Shown piece by piece: positions 1 to 9,543 of a stretch of DNA of 64,000 nt. The DNA comes from a virus, in IMG/VR virus record IMGVR_UViG_3300030737_000007, positions 1 to 64,000 of that record. One strand, given 5' to 3'. Both the position numbers and the translations under genes were made by a program. Position 1 is the stretch's first letter; each line of letters opens with the position of its first letter. The notes beneath the pieces were generated by a model that worked only from the letters and a program-made list of their open reading frames with translations, was not told where the DNA came from and searched no databases.

Positions 1-1787
1 CCCACATTGGTCGTAGTGTCGATAGTGGAGTTACCTACCGTCGTGCCTGAAGTAGCAATAGGCACGACGCCGTTGGTAAGGCCAGACAGACCGCCACCCG
101 TGCAGCCGACATTCGTCACCACCGCAGTAGAGCCTGTATAGCAGAGTGTGCTGGTGCTGGGGGTGAGGTAGTTGAGTTCTAAACCTGTTGCAACGAAGGT
201 AGCTACCGTAACCGGGGCGGTATCGATCACGGTGCCCACATTCACCGCAATCGAAGAACTGACACCGCTACCTTCCGTGATCTGCTCCGTGATGGAGGCA
301 GATGTTTGGCTAACGTTTAGTGGATTTCCATTCGCGTCAACGTTAGCCCCGATGCTGAATATTCCGCTCGTATTTCCATGAAGACAGCTAGCCATGCTGT
401 TTACAGAGAAGACCGGCTCCGTGATGATGCACAGGCTGTTGTTAGGAAGGGTATAGCCGGAATTGTTGATCGAAAGCGCCTGCGACACGGCCACTGTTCC
501 AGGGTTTACGTTTCCGAAACCCAACACACTCAAAAACTGTGTTCCAGAAAAATCATCCACGTCAAAGATAGATGAGGTTTGTCCCGTAAACTCTCCGCTC
601 ACCACGAACGATGTTTGGTCGTTACCGTCTGTAGGATTCACGTACAGAGGGAGCGCAGAGGTGAGCACGCCTGAGTTGGTGATCCCGTTGTCGAGGGGTG
701 AATCGCCCAACGTCGTTGTGGATGCAGCCTGCGGAAGAAATCCTGTCGTCAGCGGCCCCACCGTCCCGCCACCTGCAACCCAGTTCCCTTCGTCATTGCA
801 GAACAGTCCGCTGGGTGTGCCATGAGGCGCGCAGTTGACGAGCTGCGTTCCCGCAGTATTCGACAGGCTGTTGAGGATTGGGCTGTTTCCGGTGATTACT
901 AGCCCGCCGCCTACCGTAAGCTTTCCGCTTACTTGTACCTGAGCCTCGAAAAGCGTATTGCTGCCGAATACCTGAGTCTGGGCCAGGCCGGGGTTGATCG
1001 CGTTGTTGAAACCAATCTGCGTGCCGGTGCTCACTGCCATAAGCTGGGGCCCAGTAGGGCTCTCGGCCAGCGAAAACACATTGCCCTCGATTGTGGACCC
1101 CATGACGTGCGAATTGGCCCCGTACCCATTCGTTCCGCGACGAAAGCTGAGCTGATTCAAGACGAGCGACGTTGGGGTTATCGAGTCCCAACAGATAGCC
1201 TCAACGATCGGAGCCGTCCAGCCGCATCCCGTCGAAGGCCAGCCGGTCGTAGATGACACAGGGATGGTTAGTGATGTGGAGGTAATGGCCGCCGTAGTCA
1301 CAAGATTTGTGACCGAGAAGGTCGGGTTGTTCTGGTCAAGATTTGCGCATGTCGGACCGGCACAATACGGTGGCAGGGCGCAGGACCCCCCTACCATGCA
1401 AGACACGCCGTTGATATCAATGACGCCCCCGCTACTGCCAGCAGAGTTGTTGCAGACATTCGGAACCACCAAACTGCCTCCGCCCGGCTTGGAGATGGTT
1501 TCCGTTACGCATTCGTTCAGAGGAATGTAGTACCCGTAGTTGCCGCTTATATCGGTAGTCACTAAAGACGACGCGATCGGAGAGGAAAGAAGCGGGTCGG
1601 AATAGATCGTGGCCGCCGCCCCTGTTGAAGTTAGAGTCACCGATACACGCGCGCCGGGCACGATTTGCGCGACGACGCCGTCATTCCCCCGCGCGATGAC
1701 TTGGGCGGTGCGATGGTATCCCGTCGTTGCTTGTCCGAATAATGGAAACGGCAAAAACAGCAAAAGTAATGTAAAGAGTAGCTTCAT
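1..1787 (-). CDS. Fibre/spike-like virion protein, partial (runs off the left edge), with an N-terminal signal-peptide-like segment
   Basis: Not in the ORF track because there is no stop in the window. ATG at 1787 overlaps the upstream TAA (TAATG). Reads MKLLFTLLLLFLPFPLFGQATTGYHRTAQVIARGNDGVVAQIVPG..., G/T/S/N-rich; frame spot-checked open at 721-780, 481-540 and 1-60. The first ~110 aa are paralogous to 1787..3157. Confidence 0.7.
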   Translation of the reverse strand, partial: MKLLFTLLLLFLPFPLFGQATTGYHRTAQVIARGNDGVVAQIVPGARVSVTLTSTGAAATIYSDPLLSSPIASSLVTTDISGNYGYYIPLNECVTETISKPGGGSLVVPNVCNNSAGSSGGVIDINGVSCMVGGSCALPPYCAGPTCANLDQNNPTFSVTNLVTTAAITSTSLTIPVSSTTGWPSTGCGWTAPIVEAICWDSITPTSLVLNQLSFRRGTNGYGANSHVMGSTIEGNVFSLAESPTGPQLMAVSTGTQIGFNNAINPGLAQTQVFGSNTLFEAQVQVSGKLTVGGGLVITGNSPILNSLSNTAGTQLVNCAPHGTPSGLFCNDEGNWVAGGGTVGPLTTGFLPQAASTTTLGDSPLDNGITNSGVLTSALPLYVNPTDGNDQTSFVVSGEFTGQTSSIFDVDDFSGTQFLSVLGFGNVNPGTVAVSQALSINNSGYTLPNNSLCIITEPVFSVNSMASCLHGNTSGIFSIGANVDANGNPLNVSQTSASITEQITEGSGVSSSIAVNVGTVIDTAPVTVATFVATGLELNYLTPSTSTLCYTGSTAVVTNVGCTGGGLSGLTNGVVPIATSGTTVGNSTIDTTTNV

Positions 1788-3157
1788 TAATTGCCCCTCG
1801 CCGACCACATGATGTAGATGGTGTTGGCCAGATTGGCCCCGCCACCGCCAACCAAAACGTTGGAGGCTGCGTGTGCTGTGAACCCTGTCGTGGCTATACT
1901 GTTATCCAGCACATTCACGCTGATGCTGTTGTTGCCCGAGCAAGCGCTTTGCGGGCATCCGTAAGCTGTCAGAATCGGAATGAGATTACTGGTGGTGGTA
2001 AACGGGAAGGGAAAGGTTACCGACTGGCTTGTTTGATTCGCTCCGGTAGGGATCGGACCCGCGCGGCCCCACTCCTCAATCGTCCCGTCTGCGCCAATTT
2101 CGTAGCATCCGTTTGCGTTACAGGTCCGCGAACTACCCGGTAAGCTGCAGTTCGAGCCGAGGGTGCAAGTCGTAGAGTTGTTGATCGTGAAGGAGGAATT
2201 CGCCAGAGACGAGTTCGGTATGGCAGAGGCCGTAACCGAAAGAATAGGCGCGGAAGTGGGGTTCGCCACGGACGGCGTAAGCCACGACGGCCATGAACCC
2301 GTGAGGAAGTCTGTGAGGGTTCCGGAACCTGTCGTGCAGACTCCATTGGTGGAGGTGCAGACAGGCGATCCTTGGATGTTCATAGGTACGCTAGCCGTGA
2401 TCACCACATCGGACATTGAGAGCGGGGTAACTCCGTCCGTGTTGTCGATGATGCTGAACAGCGACCCGGTGCCCGAGACCTGAAGGCTCCACGAGGTCGA
2501 ACCGGTATTGACGAGGTTCAGGCCCGTCTCAGAATGGCTGCTCTGGATAGTCTGGTCTTGGCCGAAGGTGTTCGCGTTGGATAGCAAGGGGAGGACCGAA
2601 CCGCTCGTTCCAATAGCCGTGGTGGCCGCCGCAGTAAACGCAACCCCGTTGGTCTTGAGGCAAGTGATCGCTCCACTCGCAACGAGCGTGCAATCCCCCG
2701 ATAGATTTTCGGGAGCGTACACAGATCCGGTCTGCCCCACGAGAATCTGACCAGCAGCAGGTGCCACGATGGTTCCAGTACCACCGTTCAAAGTTCCCAC
2801 CGGAAGGGCTAACCCAGCGTTACCGCAGATGTTGGCAACCGTGAGGGTACCGGAACTCGGGTAAGAGATGGTTTCCGTTACGCAGGTGTTGAGTGGCAGA
2901 TAGTAGTCGTAGTTACCTTGGTTATCGGTAGTCAGGATCGAACCCGGGATGGTCAGGGTCAGAAGAGGGTCGGAGTAAATTGTCGCGGCGATACCGGTTG
3001 CGGTGCTAGCGACGAAAATAGAGGATCCGGGTACGACTTGCGCTACAACTCCGGAGTTACCTCGCGCGATAATCTGATTGACGCGATGGAACCCGGCAGT
3101 CACTTGTGCGTGACACAAGGACGGGAGCAGCGCGAAAAGTAGGAGTAGCTTCTTCAT
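1787..3157 (-). CDS. Tail fibre-like protein with a signal-peptide-like N-terminus
   Basis: 456 aa, T/S/G-rich. C-terminal GCYEIGADGTIEEWG...VTFPFPF resembles the common fibre tip domain. N-terminus is MKKLLLLFALLPSLCHA-Q. Confidence 0.7.
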   Translation of the reverse strand: MKKLLLLFALLPSLCHAQVTAGFHRVNQIIARGNSGVVAQVVPGSSIFVASTATGIAATIYSDPLLTLTIPGSILTTDNQGNYDYYLPLNTCVTETISYPSSGTLTVANICGNAGLALPVGTLNGGTGTIVAPAAGQILVGQTGSVYAPENLSGDCTLVASGAITCLKTNGVAFTAAATTAIGTSGSVLPLLSNANTFGQDQTIQSSHSETGLNLVNTGSTSWSLQVSGTGSLFSIIDNTDGVTPLSMSDVVITASVPMNIQGSPVCTSTNGVCTTGSGTLTDFLTGSWPSWLTPSVANPTSAPILSVTASAIPNSSLANSSFTINNSTTCTLGSNCSLPGSSRTCNANGCYEIGADGTIEEWGRAGPIPTGANQTSQSVTFPFPFTTTSNLIPILTAYGCPQSACSGNNSISVNVLDNSIATTGFTAHAASNVLVGGGGANLANTIYIMWSARGN

Positions 3158-3429
3158 TGTTTTCCATTATCTGGACTGGTCGATTTGTCCACGCTCGCCG
3201 CGAGCTTGTTCGTTCCGTAGGGCATTAAACAAAACGTCCCCTGCCCCATAAGAATGGCGGCGGGGACCCAGAGGTCACTAATTTGTGGGTGCAGAACGCT
3301 CCAGTGCGCGAGCAGGAACCAGAGAGATGCGGTGTCCCAGCCCATGCAGAAGACAATACAGATGAGGGACGCAAACCGCCCGAAGCTGGCGTTTGAGGAG
3401 CTGCTGAGTACATCTCTAAAGAAACTCAT
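3154..3429 (-). CDS. Small membrane protein, holin-like
   Basis: 91 aa with two hydrophobic segments; overlaps both neighbours by 4 nt. Confidence 0.5.
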   Translation of the reverse strand: MSFFRDVLSSSSNASFGRFASLICIVFCMGWDTASLWFLLAHWSVLHPQISDLWVPAAILMGQGTFCLMPYGTNKLAASVDKSTSPDNGKQ

Positions 3430-4136
3430 CGTGTTCCCTTCTGGACCATCTCGGTCTGGCGGAGCGAGTTTAATTTATCTTCGATCCATAAATTTTTCTG
3501 AGTCTGAGAAAGATTTTCCGAGGAGTCCACAAGCTGCTGCAAGAAGAGCTGCATGGTCGTCATGTAGCGAGGGTCGTTGGTGTACTCGTAGCCTTTGGCG
3601 TCAAATCCAGAGTTGTAAATGAAACTCAAGTAATCCGGAATAGGCTCCCAGGTTTGGTCAACAGAGGTGAACAAGGAAGCAGAATTCTGGTACTCAACCA
3701 CGATGTTGTACACTTGGTCGGGCGCGGGAAAGATGCGGAAGGTGATATTGCCTTCGCCGTCGTCGAACTGCGCCGAGATGCGAGCAGGCTGGTTAGTCTG
3801 AGCGTCTGCCCCAAAGATCAACCCTACCTGGAGCTCGTGGGTAAGATAACCATTTACGGGTTCGTACGCGACGGCCTTCTCGATCCACCCAAAAGTAGGC
3901 AAGTTGACTACGTAATCTGTCTGTCCGATGATGGTTACAAACGTGGGGTCCGTGAAAGTAGCCGCGGTGCGATTCCACCTCCAGGCGAACGGAGGCGACA
4001 GGATGAGTTGCTTCACCCAGTCGGCGTTGGAAAACGCGGGATCGTTCGCTGTGTTCTTTTGAAACAACAGCGGCTGTAGGCGCAGAAACTGCGACGTACG
4101 ATTGATCGTCCGCTGTAACTCAATAGTGGAGGCCAC
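3426..4136 (-). CDS. Head-tail adaptor / tail tubular-like protein
   Basis: 236 aa; WRWNR, DYVVNLP, FRIFPAPDQVY and IPDYL motifs resemble phage adaptor proteins; lies in the structural block. Confidence 0.55.
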   Translation of the reverse strand: MASTIELQRTINRTSQFLRLQPLLFQKNTANDPAFSNADWVKQLILSPPFAWRWNRTAATFTDPTFVTIIGQTDYVVNLPTFGWIEKAVAYEPVNGYLTHELQVGLIFGADAQTNQPARISAQFDDGEGNITFRIFPAPDQVYNIVVEYQNSASLFTSVDQTWEPIPDYLSFIYNSGFDAKGYEYTNDPRYMTTMQLFLQQLVDSSENLSQTQKNLWIEDKLNSLRQTEMVQKGTR

Positions 4137-4137
4137 G

Positions 4138-4536
4138 TTACCTCGGAGGGATGATTGACTTGGGGAGGTTTTTTAGCAGGACCGCCGTCAGCTTTTGGGT
4201 CTGGTTCTCCAGCATGTTTTGGAAGAACGGGCGCGTCGTGTCGGAAAGGAAGGGTTCAGCGTGGTCGTGAAAAGGATCAACCAGGATGTGGCAAAGTTCG
4301 TGGGTGAGAATCAAGACCAAGTGGTCGATGTCACCCTTTTTGAAATCTTCCTCGCACATCTGGTACGTGGTGAGGTGCGCCTGCATATAGGTAGAGTCGA
4401 TACAGATGTCTGCGGCGCAACTACCTTTAGCGGCTGGGACATGTTCTATGGTGATGATCCACCCCGGAAGGTTGAGGTAATCAGCCATCCGCGTTACGAA
4501 GCTGGCGACCCAGCTCCCGTACGTCACCTTCTTCAT
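4138..4536 (-). CDS. Small HEXXH zinc metallopeptidase-like protein
   Basis: LTHELCHILVD motif, 132 aa. Confidence 0.55.
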   Translation of the reverse strand: MKKVTYGSWVASFVTRMADYLNLPGWIITIEHVPAAKGSCAADICIDSTYMQAHLTTYQMCEEDFKKGDIDHLVLILTHELCHILVDPFHDHAEPFLSDTTRPFFQNMLENQTQKLTAVLLKNLPKSIIPPR

Positions 4537-4550
4537 TTTGGCTCCGAGGA

Positions 4551-5138
4551 TTACTCGATGTCGTGGAGGTAGGACAGCTCGATCGCGGCCAGAGGATCCA
4601 TCACAGTACGGAAGCCCGATGCAGAATCTTTATTGAAGCTCTTCTTCTTGCGCCACTGGTAGAAGTCTGGGTCCGACTGCTTGAAGATTCGCTGGCAGAC
4701 AGTGCAGATACCGGTGGTCTGGCCTACGTCGCCGCGGTGCCAGATAATGGACGTGCGGCCCGCGATGTCTTTGGACTCGCTCAGCGGACTGCAACCGGCT
4801 ATGTGCTCGCAGTTGTCCTGGGCGAACTTGTTGTTGGCCTTGGTGCGCTTTTCCTGCTCGCGCTGCTGGTCCTTGAACTGCTTGTCGTTGGCTTCATTCG
4901 CCAGGTCGCGCGCAGATTTGAGGGCTTCTTTCGGTTCAGCCAGCTTGAGGATCGCATCGGTCTGAGCGGCGCTTGCGGCTGCGGCCTGCTTCTGAACCTC
5001 GATCAACTGCTGTTGCATACTGGCTACGAGCGTCAAAAGTTGCTCGGTAGACATTGCGGGCTGGACTGCTTCGACGGCCTTCGGGGTTTCGGGTGCTACA
5101 GATGCTGCGGAAGTTTCTTTGATGGTGGCATTCGCCAT
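4551..5138 (-). CDS. Hypothetical protein (coiled coil plus Cys/His cluster)
   Basis: 195 aa ORF in the operon; CEH...CTVC. Confidence 0.6.
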   Translation of the reverse strand: MANATIKETSAASVAPETPKAVEAVQPAMSTEQLLTLVASMQQQLIEVQKQAAAASAAQTDAILKLAEPKEALKSARDLANEANDKQFKDQQREQEKRTKANNKFAQDNCEHIAGCSPLSESKDIAGRTSIIWHRGDVGQTTGICTVCQRIFKQSDPDFYQWRKKKSFNKDSASGFRTVMDPLAAIELSYLHDIE

Positions 5139-5171
5139 AACGGGCTCCTAGTCCAATCCGGACTGACGGGG

Positions 5172-5846
5172 TTATATGATTTTGGTGCTGTTGCGGTGGT
5201 TATGAAGGTGCTTGTACCACAAAGAGCTTTCCCCGCCAGAGGGAGGACCAAACTCTTTGTTGCACTGCTGCTCGGTAAGGATGTTGTTTTCGATGAACCG
5301 GATTAGTACCGAGCGCCAACCCATTTCAGTGGTTCGGATCAGCACGTCGCGGGCCTCGTCGAACTCATACGAAGAGAACTCAGGCATCATGCCAAGGGTC
5401 ACGTAGCCTAGGTATTTGAAGGGATTGCCGCCCCATTCAGGCTTGTTGACGCCGTTCGTCACATACAACGCCAGATCAGTGACAATTCCACCCTGCGTGA
5501 CGTACAAACTCGGACAGATGTGATGGAGTTTCTGAAGGAACAGAGAAGCATCCATCGCCCGACCCCGACGATCTTTACGCATTTCTTCTTGATCAGGATG
5601 GCGCTGACGTTGGGTTCCGTGAGAGTTGAAGTTCATTTCCTTCAACCTGGATACATGCTCGGCGATACTGAGGCGGGGGGCTTCGAGGCACTTGAAACAC
5701 TGCGCGCCGTGGCCTGTCTTGCGAGAGGAATCTTTGGGGTAGAACTTGAAAGTCAACAGTCGCGCGCAAGACTGGCACTCGATTCCACGGATCTCGTTGT
5801 CTACGCCCGCCTCGTAGTCGATGATGTCAAACTCGTCTACGATCAT
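5172..5846 (-). CDS. Hypothetical protein with CxxC...CxxC zinc ribbon
   Basis: 224 aa; CQSC/CFKC; overlaps the upstream gene by 4 nt. Confidence 0.6.
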   Translation of the reverse strand: MIVDEFDIIDYEAGVDNEIRGIECQSCARLLTFKFYPKDSSRKTGHGAQCFKCLEAPRLSIAEHVSRLKEMNFNSHGTQRQRHPDQEEMRKDRRGRAMDASLFLQKLHHICPSLYVTQGGIVTDLALYVTNGVNKPEWGGNPFKYLGYVTLGMMPEFSSYEFDEARDVLIRTTEMGWRSVLIRFIENNILTEQQCNKEFGPPSGGESSLWYKHLHNHRNSTKII

Positions 5847-6097
5847 TCAGGCATCCAGATCTTGCTCTCTGGCGCGGCTTCTTCTTGGGGAAGAGCCTCA
5901 CTCAGCTTGGCGTCGATCGACTTGATGAAGTCGAGGACAATCTCACCGTCTTCCCCAGGCTCCGCGTTGACACCAGAAGCGCGCTCGATGATCAGAGACC
6001 CGTCTTCCTTCTTCAGGACAGCGACGATTACGTGGCCGACTACGGATTCAAAAACCAGCGGCTCGGCAAGTCCGTCTACGCGCACGGATACAGACAT
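5843..6097 (-). CDS. Hypothetical protein
   Basis: 84 aa, AGGAG RBS upstream. Confidence 0.55.
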   Translation of the reverse strand: MSVSVRVDGLAEPLVFESVVGHVIVAVLKKEDGSLIIERASGVNAEPGEDGEIVLDFIKSIDAKLSEALPQEEAAPESKIWMPE

Positions 6098-6209
6098 GTG
6101 GCTCCTTGGCCCATTGCTCGGGCGATTCCAGATAATGGAAAGTGTGCCGGTTTTGGTCTATGGGAGACCGGCGGACCCGTTCAGATGCGACCGAAGTCGC
6201 TGAACATCT

Positions 6210-6890
6210 TTATACGCGATCCAGAACAAACTCCTGCACCGAAATCGTGCTGGAAGCGGCGTTTCCGAGCGTCACTGTGGCCGACAACGAGAGGAGGGCG
6301 GCAGTCACGCTGGCAACTGAGGTAAAGGCGGTCGGGGCGGTCCACTGTTTGGTGGCACCATACGCGATATTCGCGGTATACCAACCCGTGAAGATCTGGG
6401 AAGTGGGGTCCCACTGCGCCGTGGCTTCGATATAGAAGTTGAACGCTCCGCCAGCCGCCATGGCGAGACCAGCACCCGTGGTGCCGATTACGTTATTCGA
6501 GGCGGGGGTTGTGGACGTGCCCTGACGGAGGTTGAAGGTTACCGTCTGACCCGCATTCGCGCCCGCGTTGCCGATACCAGCGATACGGATTTTCATCAAG
6601 TGGGCGTTCCACGAGTTGACGCTGAACTGGTCGTTCGACTCTCCGCTGGGGAGGCCGTACACCATCGCCGAGCGTTCAGTGACCGCCTGGTTGGCGTTGG
6701 TATCCAACCCGCCAGTTGCGCCGTAGACCTGACCGCCCGTGGGGACGACGAGAAAGTAGGGGGTTGTGCCGGTGTCAGTGTTAACCACCAGTTGGGTTTC
6801 GGTAGTGGCTACGGCGACAGTTTGCACAGGAAAACTATTCCTGACGGTTCCGCTTAGACCAATTCCCGCGACGCTGCTTGTATTCGACAT
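6210..6890 (-). CDS. Putative virion structural/decoration protein (paralog of 29284..29919)
   Basis: 226 aa, A/G/T-rich, AAGGA RBS; shares FP(V)QTVAV, Q(FV)WD and a terminal EFV(L/I)(D/N)R(V/L) with the paralog. Confidence 0.6.
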   Translation of the reverse strand: MSNTSSVAGIGLSGTVRNSFPVQTVAVATTETQLVVNTDTGTTPYFLVVPTGGQVYGATGGLDTNANQAVTERSAMVYGLPSGESNDQFSVNSWNAHLMKIRIAGIGNAGANAGQTVTFNLRQGTSTTPASNNVIGTTGAGLAMAAGGAFNFYIEATAQWDPTSQIFTGWYTANIAYGATKQWTAPTAFTSVASVTAALLSLSATVTLGNAASSTISVQEFVLDRV

Positions 6891-6951
6891 TTGTTTATTC
6901 CTTTGAAGTTATTTTTGGGTTTGCTCTAAGCCCCTGACGCAGGCTAAGGAT

Positions 6952-7578
6952 TTATGAAACGGTGTCTGCACGATTTCCAGGTTGAACTCGGGCGGGTTTG
7001 AAGATAGGTTCGGCCCCGAGTTTGCCGTTGCTTAGGTACATAGCAACCGCCCCGCCTGGGTCAACCAAAATGCTTTTATGATCCTGATATAACGTCGAGC
7101 CTAGTTCGTGAATCACGGACGAATGGGCGACGATCAGAGGGGGTACTCCGCACTCCATGAACACGTCAACCGCTTCAAAGAAGCAGGGCTGAATTCGCGT
7201 TTTGAACTCGTTGAGTGACTCGCCGCCGGGGATCTGGGTGTCGGGGTCGTCCAAGTAGACTTGAAGATCCGCTTCCGACTCGGGAGTACGCTTCTGGCCA
7301 GAGAAGTCACCTACGTTCAGGGCGCGCAGGGATTCCGATTTGTGAATTGGAATTTGCTTCTCGCGCGCGATAATCCCAGCGGTCTCGGTAGCCCGAACCT
7401 TGTCGGAACTGAAAATGTGGGAGATGTCGATCGTGCTGAAGAGGTTAGCGATTATTTCAGCATCGCGGATACCTTCAGGAGCTAGAGGAGGGTTCAGGTT
7501 ACCTCTGAAACATCCAGATTGGTTGAGCGTTGTCGAACCGTGCCTGACGATGTAGGCCACGATGGTCTTGTCGGACAT
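6952..7578 (-). CDS. Histidine phosphatase (phosphoglycerate mutase family)
   Basis: IVRHGST, SSDKVRATET, PGGES and LIVAH motifs. Confidence 0.9.
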   Translation of the reverse strand: MSDKTIVAYIVRHGSTTLNQSGCFRGNLNPPLAPEGIRDAEIIANLFSTIDISHIFSSDKVRATETAGIIAREKQIPIHKSESLRALNVGDFSGQKRTPESEADLQVYLDDPDTQIPGGESLNEFKTRIQPCFFEAVDVFMECGVPPLIVAHSSVIHELGSTLYQDHKSILVDPGGAVAMYLSNGKLGAEPIFKPARVQPGNRADTVS

Positions 7579-7589
7579 GGTGTTTCCCT

Positions 7590-7904
7590 TTAGCAGGATA
7601 GACCGATGTCACCCACGTAAAGGGTCTCAGTCGTAATACTCGCAATCAGCGCCCCGCCACCGGACACGGGCGATTCAAACTCAATTCCCTCCAGCTCGAT
7701 CTTCAGTTCCAGGAGGAACGGGGCGAACTCGGGGTGTTTCACCATCTCGGATTTTCGGTTCGCGAGAAGTTCCACGGCGAAGCGTCTGTAGTCGCGGGTG
7801 GCCGACTCGTTGCGGGCCAGGTCGCGGAGGACTCCGTCGGGAAGGTGCTGAAGATGATCCCAGCGGTCGTCCCATATATCTTTGTGTGCCATGTCGTATT
7901 CCAT
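7590..7904 (-). CDS. Hypothetical protein
   Basis: ORF directly downstream of tRNA-Thr; start moved to ATG 7904 to avoid overlapping the tRNA. Confidence 0.5.
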   Translation of the reverse strand: MEYDMAHKDIWDDRWDHLQHLPDGVLRDLARNESATRDYRRFAVELLANRKSEMVKHPEFAPFLLELKIELEGIEFESPVSGGGALIASITTETLYVGDIGLSC

Positions 7905-7922
7905 TTCTCGGAAAAATTGTTT

Positions 7923-7997
7923 TGGAGCCAAGATTCAGACTTGAACTGAAAACCTAACCATTACGAGTGGTTTGCTCTACCGTTGAGCTATCTTGGC
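7923..7997 (-). tRNA. tRNA-Thr(CGT)
   Basis: GCCAAGA acceptor pairs with TCTTGGC; TAGCTCAACGGTAGAGC D arm; AACCA-CTCGTAA-TGGTT anticodon arm; GTTCAAGT T loop; encoded CCA. Confidence 0.92.
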
Positions 7998-8460
7998 GGA
8001 AGGGTCGGACGAATTTCCGTCGTCCTTCCTACTGGCGTTGTAGACCTAACGCGTTCGGGTCGCCCATTACTCCGGGTCCAGAGCATAGCTTGTTTTGTCT
8101 ACGGCTGGTGAATTTCTGGAGCAGCGGTTGGGACGTATGCTACGTTCGGGATAACCCGGTAGACATTGGGTCTGATTCCAACCGCCGCATGGTTTGGAGC
8201 GCCCTCTCGCGCGTGTCACACCACTGGTTACGACAAGGTGTCGAAGATCAGGCCGTCGCCCAATACCAATCTCCTAAAACGCAGGCCGCTGTTCCTAATC
8301 GGTTTTGGACAGACTTGCCCGGCGAGTTTCGTACAGCGGGGATACGGTTGGAGATCGTCCGCCCGTGCCCGCTGTTCTAATACCCACCAGCCTGAACAAT
8401 CTCCTCGCGCGCCGGGGGCTAACCAGCGGGCGGCTTGACCCCGAGGAGGAACAACGACCA
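7998..8460 (-). ncRNA. Candidate large structured non-coding RNA
   Basis: No credible ORF on the transcribed strand; many local and long-range complementary segments (see findings). Confidence 0.5.
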
Positions 8461-8490
8461 GCCAAATTCCATTTTCTGGAATAAACTAAT

Positions 8491-8589
8491 TGCCGCAGGG
8501 TGCGGATTTAGACCTCGCACGGCTTCCTAGGAGCCGACCCGCCGGTGTTGAAACCCGCGGTGCCTTTACTGATTCGTGCCAACCCTGCC
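8491..8589 (-). ncRNA. Degenerate class II (long variable arm) tRNA-like element, possible UCA anticodon
   Basis: GCAGGG/CCCTGC acceptor-like stem, Ser-like D region ending AAAGGCA, loop TTTCAAC before ACCGG, variable hairpin; non-canonical T loop and no CCA. Confidence 0.35.
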
Positions 8590-8671
8590 GCAATCAAACC
8601 CGGACTGGAGAAAGGAGGGTAAATCCAGCCCGGTAAACGGCACACCGAAGCGCGCCATTTAATCTCTATGA

Positions 8672-9535
8672 CTACTCGTCATCATCTGTACTATACCACT
8701 TATACTTCCCGGTGGCAAGCAGTTCACGAAACTTTTTGAAGCGGGAGATTGGGATGGCGACCATAGTAGTTTTTCCAACGGTGCCGACCAAAAACCCGCA
8801 TATCGCCCGCTGGCTCAGACAGACAATCGCCGACCCACTCGACCCGCCGTTAGTTCCCGGCAGTTGGAGCAGCATAGCGTTCGTCCAGTTGATGTTGTTG
8901 TCGTCATCCTGGATGGAGCGATCAACCTGAGCCCGGGACACCCGACCGAAGAAAGTCTGTTTGCCGAGACCCAAGGGGCTGGCCACGTTTACTACTTGTT
9001 CGGTGTCGTCTGTGGTATCGGTACCGATTGCCACTACGGGGAATTGTTTATCTGTGGTAACTTTGAAGATGCAGAAGTCGTCGCCCTTGGTCTGCATACC
9101 GCAGCCCTCGACCTTGGCTTCGAGGAAGTCCTTCACGTTCGGCTTATCCGAGCTGATAAAGAACAAACTCTTGTCCACTACGGCGCGGTGAGTTTCTTTG
9201 TCGTCGTTCGCGGCGCAGTGAGAGGCGGTGGCAAACTCGTAAACTCCCTTGTCGTGGGAAATTGCGGTCGCCGTGCAGAGCATCTTCATGGTGCCCATTG
9301 CGTCTTGGGAGAACAGGAGGACGGTGGCGGGGTACAGAGTCTTGGAGATGAAATCAGCTTCGGACTGGCGCACAACAGAGACCGTGACCGAGGGATTCAA
9401 GGATGGATTGAGGCTCGTAAACCAACCCGTGTCCGCCGTTGCCGATTTACAGCCGTTTTGCTCGGTGCAAGGTGTTTGGGCGCGAAGCGTTCCGCAGGTT
9501 AAAACCATTACCGCAACAGCCAAGAGCTTCTGCAT
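8672..9535 (-). CDS. Trypsin-like serine protease with signal peptide
   Basis: TASHC (His), DDFCI (Asp) and GGSSGS (Ser) triad motifs; MQKLLAVAVMVLTCGTLRA-Q leader; GGGGAG RBS. Confidence 0.85.
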   Translation of the reverse strand: MQKLLAVAVMVLTCGTLRAQTPCTEQNGCKSATADTGWFTSLNPSLNPSVTVSVVRQSEADFISKTLYPATVLLFSQDAMGTMKMLCTATAISHDKGVYEFATASHCAANDDKETHRAVVDKSLFFISSDKPNVKDFLEAKVEGCGMQTKGDDFCIFKVTTDKQFPVVAIGTDTTDDTEQVVNVASPLGLGKQTFFGRVSRAQVDRSIQDDDNNINWTNAMLLQLPGTNGGSSGSAIVCLSQRAICGFLVGTVGKTTMVAIPISRFKKFRELLATGKYKWYSTDDDE

Positions 9536-9543
9536 ACTCCCCC

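Noticed and set aside
8491-8589. Genome-wide stop-codon reassignment
   Set aside because: Long genes are intact in the standard code, and TGA, TAG and TAA all end genes at coupled junctions.
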